A DNA stretch of 64,000 bases. Origin: Negaprion brevirostris (lineage: Eukaryota). The notes under the pieces were generated by a model. That model was given only the letters and a program-made list of their open reading frames with translations. It was not told the DNA's origin and made no database searches. The DNA lies in NCBI GenBank assembly GCA_030324005.1, contig JARDVH010000163.1, positions 90,042,238-90,106,237 on the forward strand, in the 5' to 3' direction. Shown here piece after piece: positions 50,071 through 63,736 of the stretch (position 1 is its first letter; the number at the start of each line of letters is the position of its first letter). Made by a program: the position numbers and the translations under genes.

Positions 50071-51719
50071 GGTAGGCTGGAGGGCTGGAGGGGTGGTAGA
50101 GTGGATGAGCTGCCATACCATCCCTCTGATTGCTGCATCCTTAGTGAGAGATCTGCAAGGAAGACACCTACCAGGCCTTCTTTAAATAGAGATCCTTCAA
50201 TTTATTAGCTTGACATTGTCATCACACCTGTACTTAGCAATTGGTTAGGAAACACAGAAGTGGGAGGCTAATGCCTCATCGCCAAGTTAAGCTGCAAAGA
50301 CAAAGCTCACGCCATAAGCAGTTCAGTTCCCGACTTGCTAATTCTCCCCTCCGATTCTCTCTCTCGTGGATTGTTAGACATGACAATTCTGCCCCTAGTT
50401 TTAGGAATTGCCTGTGGTTGAGAGGGGTGGAAGGCCATGGAGGGTAATGGGAGGTTGTGGCAGCCCAGCAGGTAGGTATGTGTATAGACAAGATGGTGAA
50501 AAACCACACCATTAGTCTTTAGGAATGTGTCATGGGTGTTCGGATATGGCCAAGTAATCAGCCAGTTTGAGTGTTACATCTGAACAAGCAGCAATGTGTC
50601 TGCTGATCAGACCATTTTGTTAAGTTTCTCTAGAAACAGCAATGTCACCCCATTTACATCATAAAGCTTTAGCTGAAATCAGAGCTGTCATTGACAATGC
50701 TATAATACAGAGGGACTGTCACTCATGCATTACTGTCAATTGGAAACTAGATTGTGTAAGAAATTCAGAGTGCTCCAGTTGCCCAATTGGAGTGTAAATG
50801 GAACATTTTATTTTTATCAAAACTAATTCTGTCCCTTTCAGCTAGAACTTCTTCAGCTGTAAAATTCAGGCTTAATATTGATGCAAAGATAAAGTGCCTA
50901 CAATCACCCAACCTAAACAAAGGAATTGCAGCAAGATGAAACTCTTTTGATTATGTCTTGGTTGGAAATAACTGGCTGAATATATCTTATTCGCAGTTGT
51001 TATAAATCACCAGTCACCAATCCAGGAATAGCTTTGTTCTCAGGATTTGTATTTCTGTGAAAAACCATCATGGATTTCAACATCAATAGAGCACAAATAT
51101 AAAAACATTGAGTTGAATTTNNNNNNNNNNNNNNNNNNNNNNNNTTCTGTACTTAACAAGCTCATTGTGCATTCAAAGCCATCTCAGGAAATTGGCCTCT
51201 TTTAGGTCAGCCATCTCAGGAAATTGGAGGTAAGGTGACATTGCAGAGATGATGACTAAATTTACATCCATTGTTTGATTTGTTGTTGAGGCCAAAAATA
51301 TTATTTAACAATTATCTGAGAACTGGAAAAGATGTTCTATTCCTCAGATCAGCCCATGTCAATATCTGTAATAAGTGAAATGGGATGTGTGTGACACAAA
51401 GCTGTATTTTGAGCTTCTGGAGACAGTTTTCTCAATTCATGGTTAATTTTTTCTTGTCATGTAAACAGTTATACCTTTCATGCAATTTCCTCAGAACTAA
51501 ATAAAAACAGATTAAGAAAAGAACAGAAATAGTTTAATAAATAGTAATAGAGCAGTTTTAAGGTCATTAAATCCATCTAGCTTCATTACCTATTTTGATT
51601 ATGGTTATTTCAGTAAACAGTGGCTTACATTCCCGGGGAGTTCATGCATCCTGTTTGTTCTATTTTCTTAAGCATCTCTTCCTCCTTCCATCTTCATTCT
51701 TTTGATCTTTATTAAGAAG

Positions 51720-52870
51720 TCAAACCTTGACCTCTCATCTTCTGAGTGTCACAGCTCATTTTCTTTTTTACTGTGTGCATGATGCTCCTCTTGGTCATCT
51801 CCAAAGATCCACCTTCTCATCCTTAGTGATTTTAATCTCCATCTCAGATCTGTTTGCCTTCTTTCCTGAATGCCTCCTGTCTTTCCTAAACATCTCCCTC
51901 CATATAAACACTCAGATCTATATTCACACCTCTTTCAGCCTTAGCTTCTCCTGCCATGCCGTGAATGAAACTTTGAAGGACTTCTTCAGTACAAGCTTGC
52001 CTTCTGTCACCAACTACATGCCTTACCTATTTCTAAACCCACTTCTTGCTGCATCTTTCCTGAGAAAAAATCTCTCCATTTACAGATGGACTTTCAAACA
52101 ACCAATTTGATTCTAATTACTCCTGCAATGTCAGTTTTCTCAATCGCTCCCTCACCTCCACCTTTAATGTCTTAAGTCATCACTCCCATACTGCTGTTAG
52201 CCCATTTTTTTCCTTAGTTTAACTTCCTTAAGCCTTGGAAGTGTGATTTGATTATGTATGGCAAATGACCTGTATAATGATTCTTTGCCAGGTTGTTATC
52301 AGCCTTCACTCTCCTCTGCTCAAACAAACTTGTGTTCCAGAATCATTCTGGACAACAGAGATAACCTTGGGAAAGTTCTTCCACTGCCAGCTGTCTCTTT
52401 AAAGCTCTCTTGGCACCCTTCACCAACTTTACCTCCAACAAGTATAAGGAGGTCATGGGCTTCTTTATCACTTGGATCAATATTATTCATTTAGCTGCCT
52501 GTGCTGTTTTTCTCCCTTCACCTTTTAAGCATATCTGCCACTTCCTCAGCTCCCCACCCTACCCCTGAACCCATATATTGCTTTGTTTTCTGTGCCCCCC
52601 CCCCCTCCTTCAGTACACCCCATCCCATGCCCACTCTTCCTGAAGTTTATTGAATCCACCAGTACCTCCTTCCTCTTTGACCTCATTGCCATTGAACTGT
52701 CAGCTATCCAATTTATCTCCCTGCTCCTCATGCACCTGATATTGTAAATGGCTTCCTCTCCCCAGGTGCTTGAATCTTTCTTTTCAAAATTATCATATTC
52801 CATCCTTTCCTCAAACAAATCTACCATTGACCTTTCTGTCCTGCCAAACAATCAGGCCAGTCTCATTTGA
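51720..52870 (+). mobile_element. Highly degenerate L2-clade LINE ORF2 fragment
   Basis: Pyrimidine-rich. Decayed DP-I-P, DIVNGFLSPG, and L-K-K-x-T-I-D-L-S-V-L-P-N-x-R-P-V-S motifs at 52660-52865. Confidence 0.7.
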
Positions 52871-53139
52871 ATTCTTCAATGTACATGGAAATGCATCATT
52901 TTCTAAATCCACATGGCTCTCTATTGAAGTGATAGCCTGTTTGAATATCCCCAATTAGGGGTGTTAATTTTCTCAACTGCTTATCACCTCTTGCAAAATT
53001 TTCCTCATCTTCCAATCCATCTGTCGCCATCTAGTCCATACCTAACTTAGTGATTTGGTACCTGAATTAACCAGACTGCATCAAGTTTCACTGCAACTTA
53101 CTTCACAATGCTAAATCTATCCACCACTTGGGATCATCC

Positions 53140-53760
53140 TGGAGAAAGGGCTGAAAGCTGATTAGCATCAGAATGCCTGGAACTTAACAACATTGCTGAG
53201 CCTGGTATGGCTGCTTCCACCCTTCCGGATGCTTCCCACCTTTCCAGTGTGAAGTTACACCAGTGAGAATCACTACTGGTCTCCATTGGGGGTGTTGGGG
53301 GGGAGGTGTGGTAGGGAGGGGGGGTTGGAATCAAAGCCATTGCAACCCCCGGGTGGTTGGAGGCATGGTTGGCAGTACCCATTGGGCAGATGGTGGGAGT
53401 GGGGCTGTGATGGGGCTATGCAAAGCTGGAGGGGTGGGGAGGCTTTGTACAGAGGTCCTATGCAGTGGTGGGGGGTTTGTGACAGAAGACCCTTTGGGAG
53501 GATTCGGATGCCCTGATGCCATGTAGGTGTGGAGGCATAACATGCTGCAACTGTAGGGGGGTTGCGAAGTGGGTGAGGAGGAAGTGGGGGTGCCTGATGT
53601 CTGGTGGGTGATGGGAATAAGTTTCTCAGTTCACTGGCAGATTGGGGTGCCCTGTGAAATGGCACCTAGGCCCTCTGAAGCTNNNNNNNNNNGACTGCCC
53701 TACTTCTACTAGCACCAAGCTCCCACCTGTCAAAAAAGGGACAGAGTGCTGGAAGATTAC
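53140..53760. mobile_element. G-rich non-autonomous DNA-transposon-like repeat
   Basis: Strongly G-skewed, low-complexity interior with ends similar to the other MITE-like blocks. The overlapping ORFs are compositional. Confidence 0.4.
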
Positions 53761-54169
53761 AGTATGCAACTCACCAAAAAGATTGGTGCAGATAACCAAA
53801 TAATTGTGAATTCTCTTAAAATCTCCACCAATAATTTGAATTTGAAGCAACAAAACATTGAAGAATGAATGGTAGGCAGTGATTGAGACTTAGTATGGCA
53901 TTAAAAATGTATTCTCACTGGAATGGACAAGTTGCACTGTTTTCTGGAATGTTTACTGGATAACTACTGAGTAAGTACCACAATTTAATGACCTTTGCGT
54001 AGTTCAATGCCAAATCCATTAGTATTGTGTCAAAACCCATGGAGGAGTTCTTGTTGTTCATTTTATATTCTGAGCATCAGCATCAAAGCCAGCATTCATT
54101 GTCAATCCCTATTTGTCCTTGCAAAGATGTTGGTGAAATGCCTCCTGGAACTGTTGCAATCCTTGGGGT

Positions 54170-54505
54170 ATAGAATCCCTACAGCGCAGAAGCAGGCTAC
54201 TCAACCCATTGAGCCTGCACCAAACCTCCAACAGAGCATCTTACCCAGCCCCTAGGCCTGTAATTCCACATATTTAGCTCCCTACTCCCCCTAATCTATA
54301 CATCCTGTGACACTAAGGGGCCATTTAACATGGCCAATCCACCTGAACTCCACATTTTTGGAGTGTGGGAAGAAACTGGACCACCTGAAGCAAACCCATG
54401 CAGTCAAAGGGAAAATGAGCATACTTGACACAGACAGTCATCCAGGATCAGATTTGAATCCTGGTCCCTGCCACTGTGAGACAGCAGTGCTAACTGCTGA
54501 GCTCA
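54170..54505 (-). mobile_element. Full-length HE1-type V-SINE with CR1/HER1-derived tail
   Basis: The minus strand reads gttagcactgctgtctcacagtggcagggaccaggattcaaatc, then the V-domain, then the tail ctgcttctgcgctgtagggattctat. Confidence 0.9.
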
Positions 54506-54749
54506 TGTTGCTGATAGCTTAATGGCAACACCCTAGACCTTGATGGCGGGGGATTCAGCAACAGTTACACCATTAAATATCAAAGTGATTTTCTTTCTTG
54601 CTAAAAGCAGTCTGTGTCCTTATGAAGTAGGACCTAGACAATACTTAGGCTTGGACCAATAAGTGACAGGGTACATTTGTGCCAGACAATGACCATCTCC
54701 ACAAGAGACCCATTAATGACCACTCAAGTCTATATAGGGTGACATGTAT

Positions 54750-56149
54750 CCTGTAAAGGTGCAGTTTATGAATACTCTCTAAAGCTGCAGAAGGCTCTCC
54801 ATGAGGTTGGCTACACTCAGTGGACGAGCTAATATGCTGCACTCAAAGCCCTGAACCATGGAGATGCACATGAGCTACTGGGATTCCTCCATTCTCAGTC
54901 TATGACCATTTGCTGCCTCCTGGATTTCTAACTTGAGCTAACACATTTATTGCTTCTAACTTAGAGGGCCTTTTCCAGGATCTTCCAGGGTCCTATACCA
55001 GTGCCCAGCTGAAGAAGACTGCGGCTGTCTCCTATCCTCTGAAGGGTAATTATCTATACCTGTCATCTCCTCCTGCATTCTTGTGATGGGCTCGTTATCC
55101 AATGCCATCCTATCTGATTACACACAAACACCCACCAAAATAATTGTACCTGGATTGGTGAAAGATGCTACCATGCAGTGGTTTGCTCTGGCAATTCTTG
55201 ATCAGGTGATGGCGCAGTGAGCAGTCTTTGCATCTGAAAATTAGCATCTGTGGGAGAGGCCAGTGGGAGAAGAGGTCATGAAAATAAGCCTTGAAGAGCA
55301 GAAGCCTCTGCAATACTAAGGCTTCCCAATGTAGCTGCATCTTCAGTATATGTTGAAAAAGTACAATGCATTCCCTTAATGTACGCATCCCAGTTTTTCT
55401 TCACTCTTTTTTCACGAGGGCTGTCCATTTCATCTTCCTTGATTTGCTTGTAGTCAATGTCCTTGGTGGTCCCTATGGGTCTCTCGAAGAAAGAATTCCT
55501 CCTCCCTCTCTTGGCTCACTCATGGGCATTATGTTTCCATTTCTCCTGCAAGCTGGAGAAGGAGGTAAGGCAATGCTAGCCAGAGGCTTATTTTCATAAT
55601 TAGCTTTGGCAGGTCCTTAGCAGCTTGAGGATTCTCGGCTTTGCTGAGAGGGCTGGTGAGTAAATAAATGCCTTAGGCGCACACTCCCCCCATTTTCCAG
55701 AGCAGCATGTGCCTTAAGGATCCTCAGCTGATGTATATGTTGGCAGTTGAATACTCTGGGACCTGGCCTGAGGTTTTTGTATTGTATTCACTTTGCCAGA
55801 GTGAATAAGGTCATTACACTTCTTCCTGATGCAGTCTCCCAGAGCACACTCTGTAAACACATGCTCTCCACCACCGCAATCCAGGCCTAATCAATTTTGG
55901 GGTTAGTTTTTTCCTCCCAGTCTGTTGGAAGAGGGCTTCCCCTCTCTCCCCCACTGCCGTGAGGAAAGTAATCTTCTTTTGACATCCATAAAGTGAGGGG
56001 CAGCCCTTTTCTGGATTCCAGCCCTCTGCCTTTCCTGCTCCACAGCAGTTGTTTCATTAAGGGGCAAACACAGACATTGTTCTTATGGCATCCTTAAATC
56101 AATCCCACTCTTCTTTAGTGCTGTCTCCAACTCTGCCTCCAGAGCCACG
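54750..56149 (-). mobile_element. Possible decayed gag-like (LTR retroelement/ERV) internal fragment
   Basis: Purine-rich minus strand with a CCHC-spaced knuckle GLDCGGGEHVFTEC at 55846-55887. Many stops. Confidence 0.35.
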
Positions 56150-56559
56150 NNNNNNNNNNNNNNNNNNNNNNNNNNNNNNNNNNNNNNNNNNNNNNNNNNN
56201 NNNNNNNNNNNNNNNNNNNNNNNNNNNNNNNNNNNNNNNNNNNNNNNNNNNNNNNNNNNNNNNNNNNNNNNNNNNNNNNNNNNNNNNNNNNNNNNNNNNN
56301 NNNNNNNNNNNNNNNNNNNNNNNNNNNNNNNNNNNNNNNNNNNNNNNNNNNNNNNNNNNNNNNNNNNNNNNNNNNNNNNNNNNNNNNNNNNNNNNNNNNN
56401 NNNNNNNNNNNNNNNNNNNNNNNNNNNNNNNNNNNNNNNNNNNNNNNNNNNNNNNNNNNNNNNNNNNNNNNNNNNNNNNNNNNNNNNNNNNNNNNNNNNN
56501 NNNNNNNNNNNNGTTCTGATTTGTATACACAATTAAGAATGGGCCTCCATTCCTTACAA

Positions 56560-57055
56560 TAAAATAGGTCATGGGTTCAAGCCCTAATCTAGACAATTGA
56601 GTCCCTAATCTAGATTGATTAATAAGAGAAATAGTGAGTGGGCACTACATTGTTAAAAGTTACACATTCTGGTGGCAATATTAAACTAAGATTCCCCCCA
56701 TTTGTTCCTCAAGTGGATTTTTTAAATTGTGTAGGAATTATTCAAAAAACAGCGGGGAGTTCAATCCCATCAATTTCCCCAAAACCATTTCTCTATTAAT
56801 GTTGACTTCCTTCAGCTCCTCACTAAAACAGGAACTCTATTGTCCTCATCATTTGCCCCCAGATGAGCATCAGCAAAACAGATGATATGGATGTTTTTCT
56901 CTTCGTTGTCTTTGGGAACTTGCTGTGCATAAATTGGCTGTTGTACTGACCCACATTGTGACAGTCACTGCATATCAAAAATAATTCACAATGGTGAAGG
57001 GCTTTTGAATGTTCTGAGGTGACAAATGCCTTTAGATATGAATTCAATTCTTTTA
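56560..57055 (+). mobile_element. Ancient DeuSINE (SacSINE1/AmnSINE-like) with an ~80-bp antisense CR1 piece inserted at ~56761-56840
   Basis: B box gggttcaagcc, decayed Deu domain, and L2-type tail tgggaacttgctgtgcataaattggctg...cacattgtgacagtcactgca. Confidence 0.7.
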
Positions 57056-58692
57056 CTTTTCCTGATCTCTCTCTCTCCATGTTCATTGCTGTTAAATATA
57101 AAGAATAGTTTCACGCTCCGTTGCTGCAGATGGTGTTTCTGGCACCTGGTCCTTTGCCATATTTTGAGACTGAGCTTGGAATCTATGGCAGTAGGCAGCC
57201 ACCACGACCACCCTCCACTTGATTCTGGGTCATGTTTTCAACTGTTACTGTTCACTCTGTTACTCCTCAAAGAATATCCATTGTTACCTCCATCAGCCCA
57301 AATCTTATCCATTGCTGAGTTCATCTTCAGGTCCTTTGCTTCAAGCTGAAGTAACAGTCTCTAAAAGCACAATAATTGTTATTTTACTTCATACTTTAGT
57401 CTTCACATGTAAAATAATTCTTCCATTTCTAATGCTTGCTGTGATTCGATTTTAATTGAGCACCTTCAATTTTTAATCAGTTATGCTAACTGAGTACCAA
57501 CGGCAGAAAACTGAACTATGGTAGTGAAATTATAAGAACTGAATGAAAGTAAGTGGTCTAACATTGCTCCCCATAATGGAAAATCTATTCAATAAAATAG
57601 CATAAATGCAATTAATAGTGCATTTTACTTACTGGCCTTGACATAATTGCAGCGGCTATATTTGCCATGTGGATCGTTAGAAAATGAACAGACAGCAGCT
57701 AACATTATCACAACCTTATCAGGGGTCTTCACAAACATGATGACAGTTGGAATATGCTTTCATTACCTGTGATCTTATTAAAACATTGCATGACAGGAGA
57801 ACTGCTTAGAAACCAACGGTTTTCTCCATGGTTACGAGCAAAGCTGCTTTCTGATCAAAGATTGAAAATGTGACAGACCAGACCTTCCTTGTTCATTTTC
57901 TCCCTCTGGTGGGTGTTTATTCTCTATGCACTATTCAATCCACTTATTTGGACTTACAAACTTTCAAAACTTACTGAACAGTAGCAGATCAATCAGAATG
58001 TCAGTGGCGGCTCAATTAAGTCCTGTTGAAGTTTCTGCCCTGTAGAAATTTGACGGGTTTGGTCAGGGTATTTGTACAAATTTTGTCCACATGGATGTCG
58101 AGTGGGGACCTTCCGAACTCACTTCAGGCAGTATTAAAAATAGCTGCTTTGTGATTAACAGCTATCGCAGGAATTCGCAGTAGAAGTCTCACTGAGCAAT
58201 TATGTTAGCCTGATGTGAACATCCTGCATTGCAGCTCTTGACTGAAACTGGAGGCCGATAGTGAGTGTTTTTCTTCCCTGTCATAGTCTTGTTTATTTGG
58301 TAATGTTCATCTGTATAAATTATGAGTAAAGAAGAAAACTGTCACTAATGCAAATGTACTGCAGAAAAAGTAAGGGAGTCAGATGTGTAAGTTGATAGTT
58401 GTGCTGTAGAATGACCAGACTGCATCTGAAAAAGAAACCTTACTTTTTTTCATGACAGAAGAAATCTTCTATTTTAAATATTTTTATTGAACATCAAAAT
58501 CTTCTAAAGAAGTGGATCAAGTANNNNNNNNNNTTTGTATTGATGGAATATTATATCCTCTTGATGGATGAAGTTACACATTATTTTATGGATTATTTTA
58601 CTTAACAATCATTTTCCTAGTATTAAAACAAAATCTGCTAATTAATTAAACCTCTGGGCAGAAATATGATACATTAGACAATTTTTGGGGGT

Positions 58693-58853
58693 TATTTTGT
58701 AAATATTCTTTCCAATAGTTTGTAAATATTATTTCCTATATTTCGTAAATATTCTTTCCAATATTTCGTAAATATTCTTTCCAATATTTCGTAAATATTC
58801 TTTCCAATATTTCGTAAATATTCTTTCCAGTATTTTGTAAATATTCTTTCCAG
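58693..58853. repeat. Minisatellite, 7 copies of a 23-bp unit
   Basis: Unit tatttcgtaaatattctttccaa. The central copies are identical and the outer copies are slightly diverged. Confidence 0.97.
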
Positions 58854-60129
58854 TAATTTTGAAAGTGAAAATGTAGCCACAGTTAAAGTCTTCTCAGCAT
58901 TTCAGATCAGTAACCATTTGTAATATGTCTTAAAACTGGGAATTATAAATTTGTGACCTGCATGTTCAGCAGAACGTTATGATAACTTTTTATGAGTGAA
59001 TGAATAGCTTAATATATACTTTCTGGGCGCTGCTTCTCAGAACATTCAATTAAGTCCTGCTGTACCACAAGAAAATACTTGTGGCTTGTTGATTTTGGGC
59101 TGTGTGTTATGAACTTTACAAATGAAGCAATGTGCAGAGCAAGAGCCACAAAATATTCTGATTAATGTTTTATACCTGTTCGATGCATTTTATATTGTTA
59201 CTCATGAATGATTTATTTTCGGTAGAATAAAGTTCAATTATAGACTAGGCTTTGTTTCAACGTGGATGTAGGAGATATGTTTCTAATCTTCTACCAGAGA
59301 TAGATATTAAAACGGATGGAATCCCAGAAATAAGCTAAAACAGCCCTTTTTTCCTGTTTCACCTGAAAGAGAGGGGAGCAGCATTACTCATGAAATTTCT
59401 TTTGTAAATTCACATGTGGCATCCTAAGGCTTTGTTAATGAGTATTCAGAGAGCTACTGTGTTTTTTTGATGGAGGACAGTAAAATAACTAGGTAGCAGT
59501 TATTTTACCTTTTCAGTTGGGGTTATGTCAAGGCTGAAGAAGCTAAACCTTTTGACAGGGTTGTTTTCAACATGGATTTTGCTGTACTTGTTACATGAAA
59601 TGTTCAGTTTTACCATTGAAATAGCTCTTGAAGAGCATCCAGCGTCCCTATTAAAGGCTCTCAGGACTTCAATCAGTTGAGCTATACTTGTCTCAGGGGC
59701 ACTTCAGCTCAGCAGCAAACTATTGAAAAGCTCCAATGTATTTTGCAGCTGTTTATTTCATTCTCCGTAAAAGAAGTCAAAGTCACACAGCTTGGATATT
59801 GAAATTAATCATAACTACAAAGAATGACAAAAATAACCAAGAAAAAAGATTAAAGACACTTTTCATTGCATCTGCATATAATTTGTAATATTTAATTTAT
59901 AGTTTACTTTTTGCTTTGTGTGAAAATTCAATGATTGTCTACATACACATAAGAGCAGTTACCTTGATCAATTTGATAATTCCAGCTGCAGAAGTTCATT
60001 GCTGTTCTTAATCTACAGTTTCCATTCTGGCAGCTGGATTCATTTCCTTGGTCAGCACTCTGTCAACACAGAAATTGTTAGGATATGAAGTGGGCAGGAC
60101 AAGTTGGGAGAGCATTTTAAAAAACATAC

Positions 60130-60710
60130 AATATCCTAGGTTTTATTAAGAGGGGCATGAGTTATAAGAGTNNNNNNNNNNGGTCATGTTAAACTTTTGT
60201 AAGAGACTAATTGGGCCTCTGTGAGAGTATTGCATCTTGTTCTTGGCTCTGCACTTGAGGAAGAATGTTAAGGTATTGGAGAGATTGCAGAAAAGATTCA
60301 CAAGAATGTTTCCCAGGGATGAGAAACACCAGTTATGAAGATAGATCAGAGAAGTTAAGACTGTGTTCACTTGAGAAAAGAAGGCAGAAATTAGATTTGA
60401 TGGTGGTATCCAAAATCATGAAGATCTTCTCAGATTTGATAGGGAGAAACTGCTTCCACTCCTGAATAGATCAGAAGCAGAGGACAGATTTCAAGTAATT
60501 GTCAAAAGAAATTAAAGCAAGATGAGAAATCAAGGTTTGGCTGCACAATGAGTGTGGCGAAGGCAATTTCAACTGAAGCATTTGGAAGGAATTAGACTAA
60601 GGGAGAATGTTATAACAGATGGCAGGGTAGTGGTACAAAGAGGATTGTTCATTTGGAGAGCCAGTGGAAATGCAATGGGCCAAGTGGCCTCCTTTTGAGC
60701 TGTAGCAATT
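60130..60710 (+). mobile_element. Degenerate CR1 3' fragment
   Basis: LERLQKRFTRMFPGMRNTSYEDRSEKLRLCSLEKRR (across a frameshift) and tail gggccaagtggcctccttttgagctgtag. Confidence 0.88.
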
Positions 60711-61509
60711 GCTAACACTTCTTTAAAATGAATTTAACACTCTAGAATTATAAACATTTGAATTAATCTCTCTCAAAATTGAAATGCAGTGGGATTATCA
60801 CCCTGCTTTTGAAAAGTAGAAAGCATTTCATATCAGAAGATATATGGACTATATTAAAAAAATGACTTTAAGTTTGCTTTCAAAAGCTTAGATTAGAAAG
60901 ATTGCCTTATTCAGGAATTTGGATCTGCAGTCAAACAGAACATCTTCCCAGATGGCCTCAGTTGCTAAATTAGCTGAAATAAACAATAAATGTTCATACC
61001 TTAAGGACTGGAATGTCTTATCGTTTACAAATCTTGTAGAAAACAATCTCAGGGCACCTGTCTCAAGGTATGAATGTTAACTTGTTTGATTGATTAACTG
61101 GCCTGGATTTTATCTGCCAAACTTGCTATGAAGAAGAAACAGAAATATTGGAAAGACTGACATGTTCAGGATGAGTTCCAAGTTTTGTTAGGAAATGCAT
61201 CTAAGATCTAGATGATCTGTCTTGAGTAGAAGGATAAGAAGGATTGAATTGACCCATAGAAAATGTTACTTGCATACTTAACAAGGAATGTTGAATCTGT
61301 TTTAAAATCTTGCATTGCAAGGAAAGACTGAAATTAAGTTGAAGGAATGCAGAATTCATCACCATTGTGCATTCACTTCACAATTATAAAATAAACCAGC
61401 ATGATGATACCTATTCTGTCCTTATCTTGTGGATGTTGATCGATGAAAGAAAGCTGATGAAGGGCAAGAGAAAACGGGGAACAAAAATTGCATGAAGACA
61501 ATGAGGAAG

Positions 61510-62990
61510 ACAGACCCTGCCATCATCATCCTGGATATGTGCTCTCCCACCAACAGGTGGTGGCACAGTGGTATATAATAGGCAGTTGTATGTAACCCTT
61601 GGAATTCTTGACGTGGACTCTAGACCCCATGAAGATTCATGGCACCAGATCAAACATGGGAAAGGAAACCTCCTGCTGATTACCATGCATTTCTCCCCCT
61701 TATTACTCTTCCATGCTGAATGTTGGAGGAATCACTGAAGGTGGAAAGTTCATGTATATACCCTGGGTGGGAGACTTCCATCACCAAGAGTCACTTGGTT
61801 GTACTGCTACAGACCAAACTGGCCAAATCCTAAAGAATATAGCTGCTGGATTGGGTCTACAACAGGTGGTGGAACCGACAAGAAGGAAAAATATACTAGA
61901 CCTCATCCCCACCAGCCTGCCTGCTGGAGATGTATGTATCCTTGATAATAATGATAGGAATGACCACTGCATAGTCCTTGTGGAGATTCCAGACTTTGTC
62001 CAGAACAAAAGGTATTTATTGATATGAGTACTTGGGACAGAAATTGCAGCCCTTGGCTGCACTGGTGCAACAGCTCTTGTCCTTAAGTGCTAACAACATC
62101 GCTTCTAGATGATTCTGCCTTAGAGAGGACTCCACGCTCTTGTGTAATCACTCTCAGTTTCCATTGGTGTCTCAAGCCAGGTGACTTGCTTCTGCTGTAC
62201 TGTCTTAAAGAAACATACACTACTTACACAACCATGTCCATATGCAGCAGTCCTAGACAATATCCAGACTTGAGCTGACAAGTGGCAAATAACATTTGCA
62301 CCATACAAGTGTCAGGCAATGATCACCTTCAACAAAAGAGAATCTGATCATCGCCCCTTGACATGAAATGTAACTACCATCACTGAGTCCCTACTATCAA
62401 CTTCCTGAGGTTACCATTGACCTGAAACTGAACTGGACTAGCCATATGAAAAGTGTGGCCACAAGAACAAGTCAGAGGCTAGGAATCTGCAGCAAGTAAC
62501 TCACCACCTGATTCCCCATCGACAAGGCACAGGTCAGGAGTATGATAGAATACTTTCCACTTAACAGATCCAACAACACTGAAGAAGCTTGAAACCATCC
62601 TGGACAAAGCAGCCCACTTGGTCGCTACCCCTTCCATAAACATTCATTCCCTCCATTACTGATGAACAGAGGCAGCATTGTTAACCATCGACAAGATGCC
62701 TGCAGGGACACACTAAGGCCTCTTAGGCAGCACCTTCCAAACCCACAACACGTGGCATTTATAAGGATAAGGGCAGAATATAGCTGGGGACACCACTACC
62801 TGGAGTTCCCTTCGAGGTCATTCACCATCCTAACTTGGAAATGTATCACCGTTCCTTCACTGTTGCTGGATCAAAATCCTGAAATTCCCTCCATAACCAT
62901 ACCGTGGGTAGACCTATACCTCCGAGACTGCAGCAGTTACAACAAAGCAGCTCGCCAATTTTTCCAAAGGTAGCAATTGATGGGAATCAA
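61510..62990 (+). mobile_element. Second LINE family (CR1/L2 group): APE endonuclease part and ORF2 C-terminus/3' end, with most of RT missing
   Basis: WVGDFHHQESLG, EPTRRKNILDL and NDHCIVLVE (APE motifs). Then DKWQITFAPYKCQAM and the family 3' tail. Confidence 0.85.
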
Positions 62991-63029
62991 TGGCCATAAT
63001 CTGGGAAAGGAATTTAAAAGAATGACATG

Positions 63030-63380
63030 GAAGAGAGCAAAACTCTAATATAAGCTGGATGTCTTTCATCAGTGTTGCCTTTGTGAAATCCTGGGCAGCA
63101 CATAGGGAGACAGCATCACCACTGAAGTGCTGCTATAGAGGACTGGTCAGAGGGACTTGTGGGACATCATAACAGAAAGATGACAAAGGCTGGCAGGATT
63201 CCTATTTTATCTACTGGTCATATGCCCTTTCAAGTGGCAGAGTAAAGACTATCACAGATGCAGGAACATGGACATAGCCAAAGAAGATGTACATATAAGA
63301 GTGGGACATCACCTGGGTGAGAGTAAAAGAGACTGCGCTGGACTGGTGCTGGTGACAGAGTCTTGCTGCCCAGAGGAACT
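63030..63380 (+). mobile_element. RTE-clade LINE 3' fragment
   Basis: KLDVFHQCCLCEILGST*GDSITTEVLL matches the RTE C-terminal L..FH..CLR.IL.I.W.D.ITN.EVL motif. Confidence 0.75.
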
Positions 63381-63736
63381 ATATCTTTCTCACTAAAGTG
63401 TTAATTAGTCACACGTAGATCAGGGTCCATTAATTCAGTGAGAGGTTATCATTCCAACGGTCCTTAGATTTCATTATTATATATCTAAGTAATGTGTTGC
63501 GAAACAAGCTTTCAGAAGAAAAAGGTGAGTGACAATGATAGTGGCATCAGATCAGTGCACCCAGCATGATTTGCAAAGTAACCACAAGTATTGCAAGGTC
63601 ATTAAAACTTGTTTTCTCCCTCATTGATGTCAATGCTAGGTAAATTGGAATTCTAGACATTGAAATGAATTGAATTTTGCATTTTTGGTGGCATTTGATG
63701 CTGGGGCTGCAGATTATAAATGTGTTTATTAAAAAT

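Noticed and set aside
51178-51228. 19-bp direct repeat agccatctcaggaaattgg (similar small duplications at 41130-41185 and 29830-29880)
   Set aside because: Ordinary local slippage duplications, with no evidence of function.
53134-53665. Cluster of overlapping Pro/Gly-rich ORFs
   Set aside because: Explained by G-rich low-complexity repeat sequence that lacks stop codons.
58692-58880. Repetitive ORF (LERIFTKYWKEYLRNIG) or CRISPR-like array
   Set aside because: It is a head-to-tail minisatellite with no unique spacers, in eukaryotic DNA with no cas genes.
60900-61070. Minus-strand exon pair (NLATEAIWEDVLFDCRSKFLNK)
   Set aside because: The implied intron is only ~26 nt, and the downstream piece has no convincing GT donor.
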